64,000 nucleotides of DNA. It comes from Nitrospirales bacterium (GTDB lineage Bacteria; Nitrospirota; Nitrospiria; Nitrospirales; UBA8639). The number at the start of each line of letters is the position of its first letter. The stretch's first letter is position 1. The DNA lies in NCBI GenBank assembly GCA_965203295.1, contig CBDBCZ010000017.1, positions 128,001-192,000 on the forward strand, in the 5' to 3' direction. This document shows positions 31,239-60,581 of the stretch, piece by piece. The notes beneath the pieces were generated by a model. The model was given only the letters and a program-made list of their open reading frames with translations. It did not search any database and was not told where the DNA came from. A program made the translations under genes and the position numbers.

Positions 31239-32374
31239 TCAAACTTGCATCTGTGTTCCAGTAAAAACGTACATGCCTCCACTTGGCTCCTGACTAAGGG
31301 TCACCTCCAAGCCATTGGGGTACTTGGTGATGTCAAACTCCATCAGTGATGAAGCTATTTCCAGAGATGGAAAGACGTCTCCAACCTTCATGTTACGAAC
31401 TATTCCAAAATAGAGAATGGGCCTTAGCACCAGAACAGCTTGGTCACCAGGCAGGACACCTCTTTGAATCATGAGCGGGCTGTCACTCTTATAGAGAGAA
31501 ACATCATACTTTCGACCGGACCAGCAGGGTGGACGTGCATTCCGCACCACAATCTCACCATTGGGATTGGCTGGGACATTGTGCACTGTAGTGAAACATG
31601 ACATCATAATACTAATAGGACACTTTAAGAGGGGCTGCTACATGAACTCCAGAGAGTAGGAGCATCTGAAAATGTCATCTGGTTTCATGCACTACTATAA
31701 TCATTATATAGCACTGAATTATTACACACACACACAGGAAAAGATCCACTTACAGAATCTGGATCGCAGCCCATTAATAATTATTGGGGTTAGATGCTCC
31801 AATGTCTGTTTAGGGTTCTTGCACCCCTAGCATAATATTCATGTAGTTATGTTCGGATCATGCGTGCATGCACTCTTGCATGAAATGGTTGCTGTATGCA
31901 TGTCTGCCTTTTGATCTGAGTGTGAAAATGGTACCATGCAGCTATAAGACTATATTGCACTAACGTTAACGAGCACTACTCTGCAAGCTTTATGTCTGAG
32001 ACTACTGCTTTATAAACACTCATGCCTTTCTTATATATAGTCTATACATGTATAGGTAAATCCATGCTGTATAACGTACAAACTTCCTTCAAAACAGGAG
32101 TACTTTTCTCCGTCTCAGCAATGATTTCCCATGTTGATCCGAGCCCAGCAGGGAAGGGACCAAGTATGATTGTTGTATTTGACATATCAAAACTTGCGCC
32201 AATAGAATTTGATGCAGGGTATACAAACATCACAGAAACATTGGTACGAAGGACTTGCCAGGCTACATGCGCATCTGTCACACGAGGGAAATCGTTCTTG
32301 GTGAATACTATTACTGAAAAATCGGTTTGTTTAGTAGCATTGACAAACTTGATGGGAATGTCGGTAGTCGTCAT
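31239..32374 (-). CDS. Uncharacterised beta-rich protein, paralog B, 213 aa; exons 32374-32080 and 31585-31239
   Basis: MTTTDIPIKFVN...VFTKN...VAWQVL...FVYPA...GPF...WEI | ...YKSD...QRGVLPGDQAVLVLRPILYFG...VGDVF...FDITKYPNGLEVTL; phase-1 intron at the same position as in paralog A. Confidence 0.8.
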
Positions 32375-33628
32375 TGCTGTCAAGAGTGCACTAATTGTAA
32401 AAAAAAAATAACAACAACACATTAGAAGCAATAACAGGTATCTGTAAAGCCATGCACTGAAGTGGAAAATAATACAAGTTATGCATGTACCTGCTTCCAG
32501 TCGTTAATTCAACTGAAATTAGTCTCTTCGTAGCCATGGGTTCACATAGCAATTTCCCATTAGCAGTTGCTCACAAATTTAATCTGTGTCTCGAAAAGCG
32601 GTTATGGCGTGACACTTCATTGATTGCTTAATAGTCACATTGTTAAAGTCATGGATAGTAGTATTGCCTTTTAATTGTAATTAGACTAATGTCTGTCTAG
32701 TGGCAGCATACTGGCTGCTGCTGTTTTTCAAATATTAAGCTTCCAAATAAGCTTGTGATACCAGGCAAGAGTTTATGGCAACGTGCGAGCACACTAGTAC
32801 TGCAGACATCGATGTTGAGTGAGTGATTCAGGCTGCTTGTCTAAGACTATGCTAAAATCAAAGCTTCGAAAAGAACGGGAGTAAGCTGTGTCAGATTGGT
32901 ACATTCTCATCAGTGAATGATGTCATGAATGAGCATTCCAACTACGTGACATATAACAGTAATTGTAAATACCATTAAATTTTACCAAAACTGAATACGC
33001 GAATGACCAGACTATACTTTCCTGACAGAGGCAGTCGAAAGTTAGTCTGGCCAGCGAGACTCAGATACATGTCTTACCTATATATAGCACAATCAGTGTA
33101 GGTGATCTCCAACCTGAACTGTTGCAGTTGTGTGTATATAGGTCTGTCAGGCATGTGAATAGAAGAAATATATATGACTCTACATAATCATGACTCACAG
33201 TCACACAAGTATATGCAGGAAGATGACAGGGATTGCCTCAAACCACAGTGTGTAGCAGCCATACCATAAATAGTCTCGATATCGGCCCTAATCAGGGCGG
33301 CGATCACTTGCAGTATCCCGTTTCTGGGTGGGATACTGCAAGCGATCCCCACCCTGATTATAGGGCCAGGCTGGTATCGAGACTAACCATAAATACAAAA
33401 CGTACCATAGCCAACGTTATTTCCATACCATCACTAAGAGCCATGTATGATGCTGCTGAGAAGCTAGATAGCTACCACCAACTGAAGCTTAAAAATTAAA
33501 GTCTTGGCTAAGCAGGGAAAGGTCACTCCCATAGACTCTGCAGTCACAACTACGACCACTATTAGTCAATGATCATGGGTCAAAGCCGCTCCAAAGGGTG
33601 TCAACAGTCAAAACACGTACAAACGGTC

Positions 33629-34541
33629 TAGTCTCGCGAGCCAGCCGGTTTTTTACCCCGCGGCGCGTAGGCGGCGGCGGGGTTAAGCAATCGGTTCTGT
33701 CTGTCTGTCTGTCTGTCTTTCTGTTGTCTGTCTGTCGCCTCAAAAATGGGTTTTTCTCGCGCTTTACCGGGTTAAGCGATTGCTAAACACGACAGTAACA
33801 TTGAAATCAAAAAAAAATGTCCGGGTGTGTACCTCATAGTTGCCAAAGCGGTTCCATTCGCTGCATCTGCAGCTCTTTCTTATTTACATTCTGCCAGAGC
33901 GGTTGCAACTACGTCACGGTTATGACGTCACGTAAACTTCCGTGTGGCAAAAGAATAACAGTGGTTCAATGGCAGCCGAACGGAAGTTGCTGCTGTAAGC
34001 GCGGTGTAGGTGGCTGATTTGTTGAGTTTATCCAGCATAGTCACTTCGCCATAGTACTAATTGACATACTAAAAGCGTAAGTTGCTATTTGCTTGCGTTT
34101 CAAAGATCACTGTAGAACCTACCACTCTTTTGCCACACGGAAGTGTTTAGTGCACGGAAAATAACGTTTGGTGCACGGAGTGTTGCAGTGTTTTACGGTC
34201 GTGACGTCACCTGCAACCGCTCTATAGCTATACGGTCACAACTAGAATGCGATAGAGGCCGGGAATATACGGACTCTGGTCACGTGTTCATATTGGCAAT
34301 CAGTCACGCCCACAGATACGCATACACGAGCGCTGTACACTCTGCGTGCGGATACACAGCCAGTGATATACATGTACACTTTGCCAACTACTCCATCGAC
34401 CCAGTCTGCAGTCGCGCCAGGTCCAAGTTGTGAATTATGCACCGCGGGGTATGTCTCTGCTAGAGACTTCTAGTTTTTTGTTTTTTTTTGGACGGGTTTT
34501 CGCCCAAAAAAAAAAAGAAAAACCGGCTGGCTCGCGAGCTA
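33629..34541. mobile_element. MITE with 9-bp TSD containing nested elements
   Basis: TIR TAGTCTCGCGAGCCAGCCGGTTTT / AAAACCGGCTGGCTCGCGAGCTA; TSD CAAACGGTC. Contains a Helitron-like insert (about 33650-34472), which contains a further TIR element (AGAGCGGTTGCA ends, about 33896-34223). Confidence 0.85.
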
Positions 34542-35707
34542 CAAACGGTCAAATTATGCTGAAAACACCAAGTCACAGTGTAGAATGGACGGACAAATAC
34601 ATAACAAAAGACTAGCCTCGTTTCCAGCTTACTCACTTCGTAGCTCACTCGTAGTTCACTTGCCCTTGTAGAACGTTTAGTTTAATTGGTTCAATAAGGT
34701 CATAAACATAATTTAAGAGCATTCCTACCCTATTGAGCCGCGGGCACGGCTGCAACGGCATTTACCGCGGCCCGCGGGCATAATTATGTCTGTCGCGGCG
34801 TTTAATTATACACTTGCGCAAATTATTAGTTTATTAGTTTATAGCTATAGTGCTAGTGCGCGGCACTGCGTGACGTAATGTGTAGTCTAGCGTGCTTGAT
34901 CGTTAATTTAAAAGTTGAAAAAATTTCCTAGACTGTGTACAGTGTTTTGATCCTTTCATACCGAGCTTAATACTCACCTCATGCAAGATCTCAAGCTTTG
35001 ACTGCCACTTGCAGCTGGCCTGCCGCTAGGTCTGCCCCAGTGAACGCTGAGGTAAGAGCTGTGGATTGATAACAGGCTGTTGTTTGTCATACAGTCTTTG
35101 TGACGGTAGTCAGTAGTTAATGTAGTAGCATACCCCTTGGTAAAGCCCGACTGAATGAATCAACATGAGCAACCATGTCTCAATTACCTCCTGGACTATT
35201 CTGTAGGATACCTGACTCCCGGAAGTGGGTGTGGTCTACAGTTAAGGGGCGGTCACTCCCATTGCCGCTGTAGTCACAACTGCGACCGCAGTCGGTCAAT
35301 GGTCAACGGTCAAAGCCGCTCAAGAGGGTGTGGTCAACGGTCAAAGCGCGCTCAGAAATATGGTCAACGCTGACAACGGCAGGTCGCAGTGCGGAATAGA
35401 TGGACTCGTATGCAAGAGCAACATTTTGCAGCTTGTCACTCGAGCGCGTTTTGGTAGACTCGGATCGAGTGGCTAGCTTTAGGGAAAGTCCCTCACAATC
35501 GACGGTAAATATTGTAGAGCGGTCAACGAACGAAAATGAACGCGGTCAACGGTCATTTAATGTGCAATAATGCAAACCCTTACGAATAGTATATATGTAC
35601 ATGTAAGTGTGTGATTGATTATTGAATATTTCATTCCAACAGATCTTGGCCGTCAGCATTGATCATTACTGCGCAACAAGTGACACTATACCGTTCATCA
35701 CTGCAAC

Positions 35708-50629
<14,922 letters not shown>

Positions 50630-53404
50630 GTTTGGGATATGCTCGTCATTAACTGGGCATACTTAAGACCTCGTAATGCGGTCACTCTCGGATGTATCAT
50701 AGACATGAAGCATAAGACTGTATAAGTTACTCTAATACAATAAGAGCATCCGCCTCTCCTTTTTGACAGTCTTATATCGTAACCAGACCTTCCCTCTGCT
50801 TTTTACCAGCCGGAGCGCGCGAACGGCTGGTCCTAAGATTACTTTACGTTTTTCGCGTTTGTCTGTTTGTGCGTCCGCACTTATCACGTGCGCAATATAT
50901 TACGTCATACGTTACTATGCAACTGCAGTGTATAGCAGCTTTTGGAGGTTTGCAGGCCAATCTACAGCAAATGAAGGTAGTTTTGTGTTGCTTAGATGGT
51001 GAAAACGTGGTAGGTAGCCGTAAAGATCCTGGTTTCTTGGCATATAGCTACTAACTGAGGTGCATGACGAAACTGCTGAGTCAGCAATTTCGCTGTACCG
51101 CTCTAAGAATGTAGTATCTCCGGCTCTACAGCTGTAGTTTAATAGCTTGGCCTAAGCTGAGTTGTGTGTATTGTGCAGGAAAGGCATCCGGCTGGTTTTT
51201 TAGACATGAAATGTCAGGCTTGTTTTTGTTGCTGTGGAAAAAATGTACAGTGAGAGAAGGCCTGGGTATGAGGCTACCTTTTGTGATACATGTACATGTA
51301 TATAGAAATTAAGGGCTGCACAACCAAGACCCTTAAGAGGTTTGCTGTATTATAGAGGTCCATTATGCAGTATTAGTATGTACTTTGAGTCCCATAGGGT
51401 GGCCTTCATAGGGAGGTGGCTGCAACATAGAGTGACCCTATTATGTAGAGGTTTCACTCTTACTGCTGGCTTAGTGTTTTCTTAGTGCTACTCACGTGAC
51501 CTTCGACGAGTCAGAAGTCTCAAACTCGATCACATGACCGCACGTTAAATCGCTTAATGCACACTTAAGTGTGCACTAAGTTGTTAATGCACACTTAAGT
51601 GTGCATTAACAAAATTAGTGCACACTTTTCTAAATAACGCCCAACAGAACCGTGGCTGTCTCAGGTCAGTGAGTGAACTAAATACTTTAGTTACCAGTTG
51701 GCAGTGCATTACGGGACTAGTTAGCACGCTCGGACAATCAAGTAACGGTCTCGGGCGGATAATGCACTCGCCTTGGGCTCGTGCATTATCCGCCCGAGAC
51801 CGTTACTTAATTGTCCTCGCACGCTAACTATATCCCGTAATGCACTGCCAACTGGTATCTAAATATTACTTAAGGGTTCGTTGGATACATGTCTATGTGT
51901 ACACAGCCATACCCCCTGGGGGGAGGACAGGGCACACTCCTTTCAGAACGTTTCTGAACGTTTTGGCACTTATGAACACAGACAATCAACATGGAGCTTC
52001 TGCGTACTAGTTTGTGAACATGTATGTACAGTACTGCTCACACATGTATTATTGCACTTACAGCAGAACCTCTCTATTATGGACGCCTTGTGAAGTGTCT
52101 TGTACAGAGAGGTGTCCTCATTTCAGGAACCCCTCTATTGTGGACACCTTGGGGACCTGGTGAAGTGTCTTGTACAGAGAGGTGTCCTCATTTCAGGGGT
52201 GAATTCAAATTAAGAAAGCATATTATTTTGGGTCATAGGAAAGTGTCCTTAATACAGAGGGTCCTTATTTTCAGGGGTGTCCTTTAATTAAGAGGGGTTC
52301 CACTGATACACGATATCCCATCTTCTGAGCACCACACGATATTTTACATGCATACTGAAATTAAAGTAGTAAAACAGCCCGGTCGGATGGTCGGTTTTCA
52401 CCGAGAGAGTCACATATTGATCTATGAGTGACATTGTTTAGCTTCCTGAAGTGCAGCACATTACACTAATGCTGTAGTGACGATCGCTCGTTGAGTTATA
52501 CTGTACGTAGTTCTTGTAATCTGCTGAGGTTCAGCAGTCAGTTAAGCTACATGTATGAAAAGTTGTTGTTTAGCGTGCTGGTTCAGCACATTACACTAAT
52601 GTTGATTAGTTCAGCATAAGTAGTGTTTGTTTACTGTTGTACTGTTGTTCTTGTGGCCTACTGAGGCTCAGCACATTAGGCATCGGGTGCTGAACCTTGA
52701 TAGGGTACTCAATGCTGATTAGCAGTCACTCAATGTAAAGTTCGGTGCCAAGGTTGGTACATTGCTGTCTGATTCAGCAAGGAGCAATAATGTAACAAAG
52801 AGCAGTAATGTACAGACTTTTATAAGCCTGCTATACTTTTCACATGTGCTACATCTTTTAGGAGAAAAAAGATTCTCAGGAGAAAATATTCTAGTATAGC
52901 GTACACTCATCATACAGAGGCTGCTTGTCTGTTAATCTTTGCTGATCATGCATGTAGCATTGTTTTGTTAGCTAGCCGGCATGTCTGTTGCCAGGGGTGA
53001 AGTTACATGGCATTGTGTGTGGCAGCTGCTGGTATGTTACTGGCAGCAGGTGCATTTAGTGGATTATTATATAATAGCTGAAGCACCTGCATACCAGAAG
53101 TGCTGCAAAAGGAGTGATGAATAGATGAGACCACTTATTCCCATTTGCTAATGAATGTGTCTTTAACCGTTCAATGACTAATGATTTAATAATGCTTTAG
53201 AATCATTAGAGTAATTAGAGCTTATTCTCCCAATTTGTAGCATTCTCCTTATATTGATAGAACAGGTGTACAATTGGTTTTGTTAGGCGGAGTGTTTGGC
53301 TAACCGATTTAGTGGCTGTATAAAGCTTGCCTACTGCTCCTCTACCCAGGGGCTTCAGTAGCTCAGTGGGTAGGAGCATCTGACTAGTGACCTAGGTTTA
53401 CTTA

Positions 53405-53587
53405 CAGAGGGTGGCTAGCTGCTGGTCAGCTAGGAGTTGCTGGTCAACTCCAGGTGCAGAGGGTGGTTAGCTGCTGGTCAGCTAGGAGTTGCTGGTCAAC
53501 TCCAGGCGCAGAGGGTGGTTAGCTACTGGTCAGCTAGGAGTTGCTGGTCAACTCCAGGTGCAGAAGGTGGTCAGCTAGGAGTTGCTG
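53405..53587. repeat. 54-bp tandem repeat, about 3.5 copies
   Basis: CAGAGGGTGGTTAGCTGCTGGTCAGCTAGGAGTTGCTGGTCAACTCCAGGTG units. Confidence 0.85.
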
Positions 53588-56500
53588 TGTTTCCCCAATA
53601 TTATAATAGTACAAAATAATGCACAGTGGTATTTCAATTATCCAATTAGGAATCGAAAAAAGGTAATAAACATGTTTGTGCACAAGTTTTCTTAAACAGC
53701 ATTTTGGTAATTAGGTGTACCACATGATCCAGACGTTGCAATGCTAGTACTGCACTTGAGATCACAGAAGGGTGGGGCTCAGCTAAAATCAATTCTCCTG
53801 AGGCCATGAATATAAACAGGGTGATTAATTAATCCCTTAAGCATCAGCAGCAAAGTCGGAGGTTAAAAGATATGTAGGTATGTGGTCTATAAGCACCTGT
53901 GGTCCCTATGGCACCTGTGTAAGTCAACAAATAAATAATGATATTCCTTGCTGTTTAAACTAGGGTGTGGCTGAGATAAACACGCTTGATAAGCTCTCTG
54001 ATGTGATGAAATTTTGCTGAGCTGAAAAAATTTAACTTGCTATGAATACGCAAGCTATGTCCTCATGAAATATCTGTGATGCTCAATGATGTCATAGTGT
54101 GCTCCCGACATCTGTTCTTGTTGTCCACGATGGTGTAGTTAGTTATGTAATTATGAAATATCTGTGATGCTTGATGATGTCATAGTGTGCTCCCGACATC
54201 TGTTCTTGTTGTCCACGATGGTGTAGTTATGTAATTATGTAGCTGTTTATCGTTGCCTTCGACTTTGCAGGATGTGCTTAAGGGATTAATAAATCAGCCC
54301 GATTTGCATTCATGGTCCCATGGGAATTGGTTTTCCCTGAGCCACGCCCTGTTGTGATCTCAAGTAAAGTTCTAGCACTGCAATGGCTGAATCATATGCT
54401 GCGCGTATTTGCCAAAATGCTGGAGACAACTCAAGCATAAGTTGTTTTCCCCCTTTTTTCCAATTCTTACATGTAATTGATTGTGAAACACTACTGTGTG
54501 TCATCTGCGGTTATAAGCAATTGCTATGAAGATAATGCCGAAATTGATACAGCAATTTCATCAACTTTTACTATTATGGGTAGAAGTAGGCACTAAATGG
54601 AGTAAATGCATGGAAACATGCATGTTTTTGTGCTTTCATGTTTAAAATCACGTTTTCATGTATTTTCTACATTTAGTGCCTCCTTTTACCCATTACATCA
54701 TAAAGGTCTATTTTAACAGCAAACCAGAAACTGTAAAACCACAAGTAATGTAATTGGTTTGATTCAAGAAGTGACCACCTCCTTTCAGAAGAGAACTTCA
54801 AAACCTAATTTACCACTCACCCACCATTATTTCAGTGGGCTCTAGCTACTATAAGAGCTTACAAAGGCTGCTGTAATGAAGGCGTGTCCGTTGTATAGTG
54901 ATACATGTTTTGCTATAAACAATGTGTGGAATGATAGAGATGTAGTCTTCATTGCATTCTCTACTGCTAATTGGCATTGTGAGGTGCTATAAATTGGCGC
55001 ATTCCTGATATACTTTGGTGTGTATGCATGTCTGAAATGATGTGCTAATGATGATGACATAATCATGTGCTGTTTTTATACCAAAATGCTGTTGAAAGAC
55101 ATAAACATGTTTTTTTTGTGTGTGCTTTTTTGATTACTAAGTAAATAGTTGCAATACCATTGTGCTTCATTTGCATCGCTATAGACATAGTTACTGTGGG
55201 AATGAATGCACACTCTATTATAATTGTGTGTCCGCTGTGTAACGATGATGTAATGATGACATAATCCTGCCATCTCATTCTGTGTACTGTGGTGCACTGC
55301 TGTGCAATCAGTCTAGTTTTGACTGTAAGCAGTCCTACTTTGTATATGTACATAGTCATAAGGAGTATCATTAGCAGACATTATTGCTATTAGGAAGTCC
55401 TCTTGCCAATAGACCCTATACCATTATGTTGGAGTGGGGGGGGGAGGGAAGATAGGCACTTAATGGAAATTTTACATGAAAATGTGCGTGTTTTTTATGT
55501 TTCAAATATAATTTTGTAAAAGCACGAAAACATGCATGTTTTATGTATCTTCTCCATCAGATGCTTGAAAATGCTTTGCCCCCCCCTGACAAATGAATGA
55601 GCGTTTATATCCAGAAAACATCCTGCCTTAAGAATACAAAATTCAGCTTTGCACATGCAAGTGAGTAGCGTGTTTTATACTCAAGCTAACTTAGCATACA
55701 TTGTACTGCTAGGCATTTGTATACCATCTTACCCATTGCTACCTTGACAAGGCCCTCTGATGAGTCTTGAGCCTCTGTGAAAACTCACCATTTAGTTGTC
55801 ATCTAAATGACATCACAATCTAGCAATACACGTGATAGTTTTAAAAATGAGCCATTGAAGGAGTACACCTCATCTCTAAATCATTCACACAGCATTTCTA
55901 GGTGGCTTCATTAATTAATTAAGCGAGAATGTGTGTATGTAGTGTTTTGTATGTAAGTGTGTCAGATTACACTAGGTTGGTGATTTGGGAAAGATTTGTT
56001 TTTGCAGAATTAGAGTCAATGAGCTACACTGCAGTGTTGTACTGTATCTTGCCAGGACAGCAAACTGTTTGCTAAATATAGCTTGAATGTAAATTTAGTA
56101 ACATGTACAGTGGTACTGTGTACCTGTGTAGCTGTGTACAGAGGTATGTAACAGCTGGTCCATGTAGGTATAACTATATAACACACCTACACAACTGTCT
56201 ATTGTGTTTCTGGGATATTAACCACACAAGGGGAGAAATGAGGGATTTCCAAGGGATTTTCTCCAATCTTAAAACAAAAAAATGTGCCTGGGTGTAAATT
56301 GATGTAAGGTTACTCATGCCTGTCTAAAAATATTCATGAGTGACTATTCAACTGCAGACTAGCACTCACCTACTTAGCACTAGCATGCAGCTGTGTCTGC
56401 CGGCGTGTCGCCATGGTAATGGAGATGAGTTGTGTTGTAGTGATTATGTTTAGTGTAGTGTTTATTGTATTGTGCAATAGATATGGAGTCATGTTTTTTT

Positions 56501-56953
56501 CACATGACCTTAGGGTTTATTTTGGTACCTTTACCATTATTATGTAACCAGCTAGGATGGGGGGGGGGGAGATAAAAGGAGGTACTAAATGGAGAATATA
56601 CATGAAAACATGCATGTTTTTGTAAGTGTTAAACATGAAAGCATAAAAACATGCATGTTTCCATGCAAATTTCCATTTAGTGCTTCCTTTTATCCGATTA
56701 CATCATTTTATCTCACATGACCAAAGGGTTTATTTTGTCAGACAAAATAACAATCTATACACCAAGGAATTTGCTCTCTCATATTTACCAACTTTTAACG
56801 TTTGTATAACTAGTAGATAATTACATCATCCTTACCTCAGTGTTTGTAGGGGTCAAAGTACAGCTAAGGCTGCAGAAAAAACCTGGGGGCATACCCAATC
56901 ACACTGCTAGCTGCTGTGTAATTGCAAGTGCAAGTCTGTCACTGCAGTTCCTG

Positions 56954-58266
56954 GTATTGGTAACCCCTTGGTTGTGCATGACAGTGCATTAAGTACATCA
57001 ATCATCTTTTAATCTGGCCAAGGGTCATGTTGTTAGTTTGGGGTTGACATGGTTACTCCTTTTGCGTTTAGTTTAGACACTGAGGTTGTTTCATGCAAGT
57101 TTGCTCTCAGAGCATTATTTTTGCAGAAATTGAAAGTGACTCCCGTGGAAATGTACACAAAGTGTTTGTCAAAAACAGCATATGAATATTCTCCTTCCAT
57201 CTTGTCACACGGATTGTGTACTAATATATCTTGTGTACTTGTAGTTTGCACCATCACCATGGCATGGTGTGACATCATCGCTTGTGTGCTATTAGGGCTG
57301 TACAAGTGCACCATGGGTATGCCCCCAGGTTTTCTGAGATTGTTTACAGTTCTAATTATGGGAAAGTACAAAGTCTTCTGAAACTTCAGTGACAGACTTG
57401 CACCTGTAATTATGCAGCTAGCAGTGTGAGTATTGGCAACCCCTTGGTTGTGTGTGACAGTGCATTAAGTACATCAATCATCTTTTAATCTGGCCAAGGG
57501 TCATGCTGTTAGTTTGTGGTTGATATGGTTACTCCTTTTGCATTTAGTTTAGACACTGAGGTTGTTTTATGCAAGTTTGCTCTCAAGTTTTGCATGCTGT
57601 GCAGAAATTGAAAGTGACTCCCGTGGAAATGTACACAAAGTGTTTGTCAAAAACAGCATATGAATATTCTCCTTCCATCTTGTCACACGGATTGTGTACT
57701 AATATATCTTGTGTACTTGTAGTTTGCAGCATCACCATGATATGGTGTGACATCATCGCTTGTGTGCTATTAGGGCTGTACAAGTGCACCATGGGTATGC
57801 CCCCAGGTTTTTCTGAGATTGTTTACAGTTCTAATTATGGGAAAGTACAAAGTCTTCTGGAATTACCAGTAACAGACTTGCACCTGTAATTAGGCAGCTA
57901 GCAGTGTGAGTATTGGTAACCCCTTGGTTGTGTGTGACAGTGCATTAAGTACATCAATCATCTTTTAATCTGGCCAAGGGTCATGTTGTTAGTTTGTGGT
58001 TGATATGGTTACTCCTTTTAGACACTGAGGATGTTTTTATGCAAGTTTGCTCTCAAGGCATTATTTTTGCATGCTGTGTAGAAATTGAAAGTGACTCCCG
58101 TGGAAATGTACACAAAGTGTTTGTCAAAAACAGCGTATGAATATTCTACTTCGATCTTGTCACACGGATTGTGTACTAATACATCTTGTGTACTTGTAAT
58201 TTGCAGCGTTACCATGACATGGTGTGACATCATCGCTTGTGTGCTATTAGGGCTGTACAAGTGCAC
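56954..58266. repeat. About 476-480-bp tandem repeat, about 2.8 copies
   Basis: Units start GTATTGG(T/C)AACCCCTTGG at 56954, 57430 and 57910. Confidence 0.9.
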
Positions 58267-59252
58267 TGCAATTCCAAAAGACTCTGTACTTTCCCATAAT
58301 TAGAACTGTAAATAAACCTCCCTTACCTTGAGGAAAAACTGGACAGAAAAACTGGACAGAAAAAATCCCCAAAAATGTACATCTCAACAACAACATAGGC
58401 TCACTAATCTCTTTGTGATATATATACCAATTCTTGTTGTTGCGGGGTCCAAATGTCCTTCCATACTGTCTTCCGTATCTCTGCTTCTGTTTGTTATTCG
58501 TTTTCTGGCTACGAGTTGTTTGGTGTCTCACACCTCATGCCAGCTCTGTGCTAATGTGATTAGGGCTATACATTGCTAACACTCTCTGGACAACGACTTT
58601 AAAGACATGATTTAAACAATTTCATGTGTCTAATTAATTATTACTTACTTTAATCATTTATACTACACCTATATTATGTTGGTGTGTTTTATATATAATG
58701 TATATCTATTTATTTACTTAGTATAGTACTGCTAATTTGCACCAGCACAAACAAAAACAAATAGCCTATAGAGTGTGTACTCAAGGGCCTTTTGAAGGCA
58801 ATGCCAGACTAGGTTCAAATTCCCAACTGGGCCTCTTCCTCTGCTTGTGGGTTGAGTGCAAGGGCTGTCTTCCTGAAGCACCAGATGGCATGCTTGTGAT
58901 GAGTCTGTGACTGGTACCATGAACAGGAAGTGGACATATTCCAGGAAGTAGGTAGGTGGGTGGGTGTATGGCTGGTGGCACCATGCAGTCTGGTAAACAA
59001 TTATTCCAAAGTAGCTGCCTACAGTGCCTAGCTTTGGCATGCCAGGCTGTGTCTAATCAGAGGTGGGCTTATGCTTAGGTGTTTAGTACAGAGATTTGCT
59101 AATGGTGGGGGTGTGAATGCGTGGACTAGTGCTTTGGTGAGGCCTGTAGGCTGTGGCTGGAAGAGTGCATTGTCTAGCATAGACAGATTTTCTGGGCAGT
59201 AGTGCTAAAAGGCATCTTAATTAAATTAGCTCATCCACCCCTTCCTAATCCC

Positions 59253-59836
59253 ATACCTAGTACGTCTACTCTTACATACCCCAAACTATCAAACGGTGAC
59301 ATTAACAGACAGGAATGGGAGAGTTAAATACCTAGAACGTCTACTCTTACATACCCCAAACTATCAAACGGTGACATTAACAGACAGGAATGGGAGAGCT
59401 AAATACCTAGAACGTCTACTCTTACATACCCCAAACTATCAAACTGTGACATTAACAGACAGAAATGGGAGAGCTAAATACCTAGAACGTCTACTCTTAC
59501 ATACCCCAAACTATCAAACTGTGCCATTAACAGACAGGAATGGGAGAGCTAAATACCTAGAACGTCTACTCTTACATACCCCAAACTATCAAACTGTGAC
59601 ATTAACAGACAGGAATGGGAGAGCTAAATACCTAGAACGTCTACTCTTACATACCCCAAACTATCAAACTGTGACATTAACAGACAGGAATGGGAGAGCT
59701 AAATACCTAGAACGTCTACTCTTACATACCCCAAACTATCAAACTGTGACATTAACAGACAGGAATGGGAGAGCTAATTAGATACCCCAAACTATCAAAC
59801 TGTGACATTAACAGATAGGAATGGGAGAGCTAATTA
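59253..59836. repeat. 75-bp minisatellite, about 7.5 copies
   Basis: Unit ATACCTAGAACGTCTACTCTTACATACCCCAAACTATCAAACTGTGACATTAACAGACAGGAATGGGAGAGCTAA. Confidence 0.92.
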
Positions 59837-60581
59837 GAAACTCCGTCAGCTGTCAAGAGAACACATGTACATTGTACATGAATGCATTAATTGTCGGTCC
59901 ACAATCCTATTTTTTCAAGTACATGGCTGCATGGCTCGTTAGCGTATAAAGACATATATGCACTAGTGAAAGTATTTTGACAGAACATTCATTTAGTAAG
60001 GATCAGTGTATTCTTCAGAGAGAGAGAATAAATAAGTTGCAGTGCTGCCTATACGTATCTGTGTTGCAGACAACGTTAATGCAGAGTACATGTACCTATT
60101 ACCTAGGTAACTTTTGATGATGAAATATACTGCCGGAGTGTTACATTCCTCCACCATCAAATCTGTAATGTTATATGATAATATTGCGTAGATGATAGCC
60201 TAACCATACTGCCGTAAGTAGGTGTCTATTACCTAGGTAACTTTGATGATGAAATATACTGCCAGAGCATTATATTCCTCTACCATCAATTCTGTAATGT
60301 TATAGTACTGGAGGCAATACTGCCTAGGCGATAACATGACCGTACTGCCGTAAGTGGGTGTTGTTTACATGTACCTCCGGTTCTGTTCTGATGAATACAC
60401 TTCCCAACCTTTGACGACTTCTTTCGGAAGTTAAGTCTGAGGGTTGGGTGGGCGTCAGTGACATGAGGTGAGGAAATTGCCTCTTAAACTCTGGCTGCGG
60501 CAGCCGAGAAGTATAGACCTTGAGGAGCCGTTTGTGTCCTGAATAACATACCGTTAAGTATTTGCAGGATGAAAAAAGTAG

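Noticed and set aside
57130..57170. LKVTPVEMYTKC as the missing EXT2 exon (VTPRKKFKC)
   Set aside because: Only VTP matches, there is no suitable acceptor or downstream similarity, and it lies in a triplicated repeat.
59296..59781. 161-aa ORF of 25-aa repeats
   Set aside because: It starts at GTG, and a 75-bp unit stays in frame by arithmetic; no coding support.
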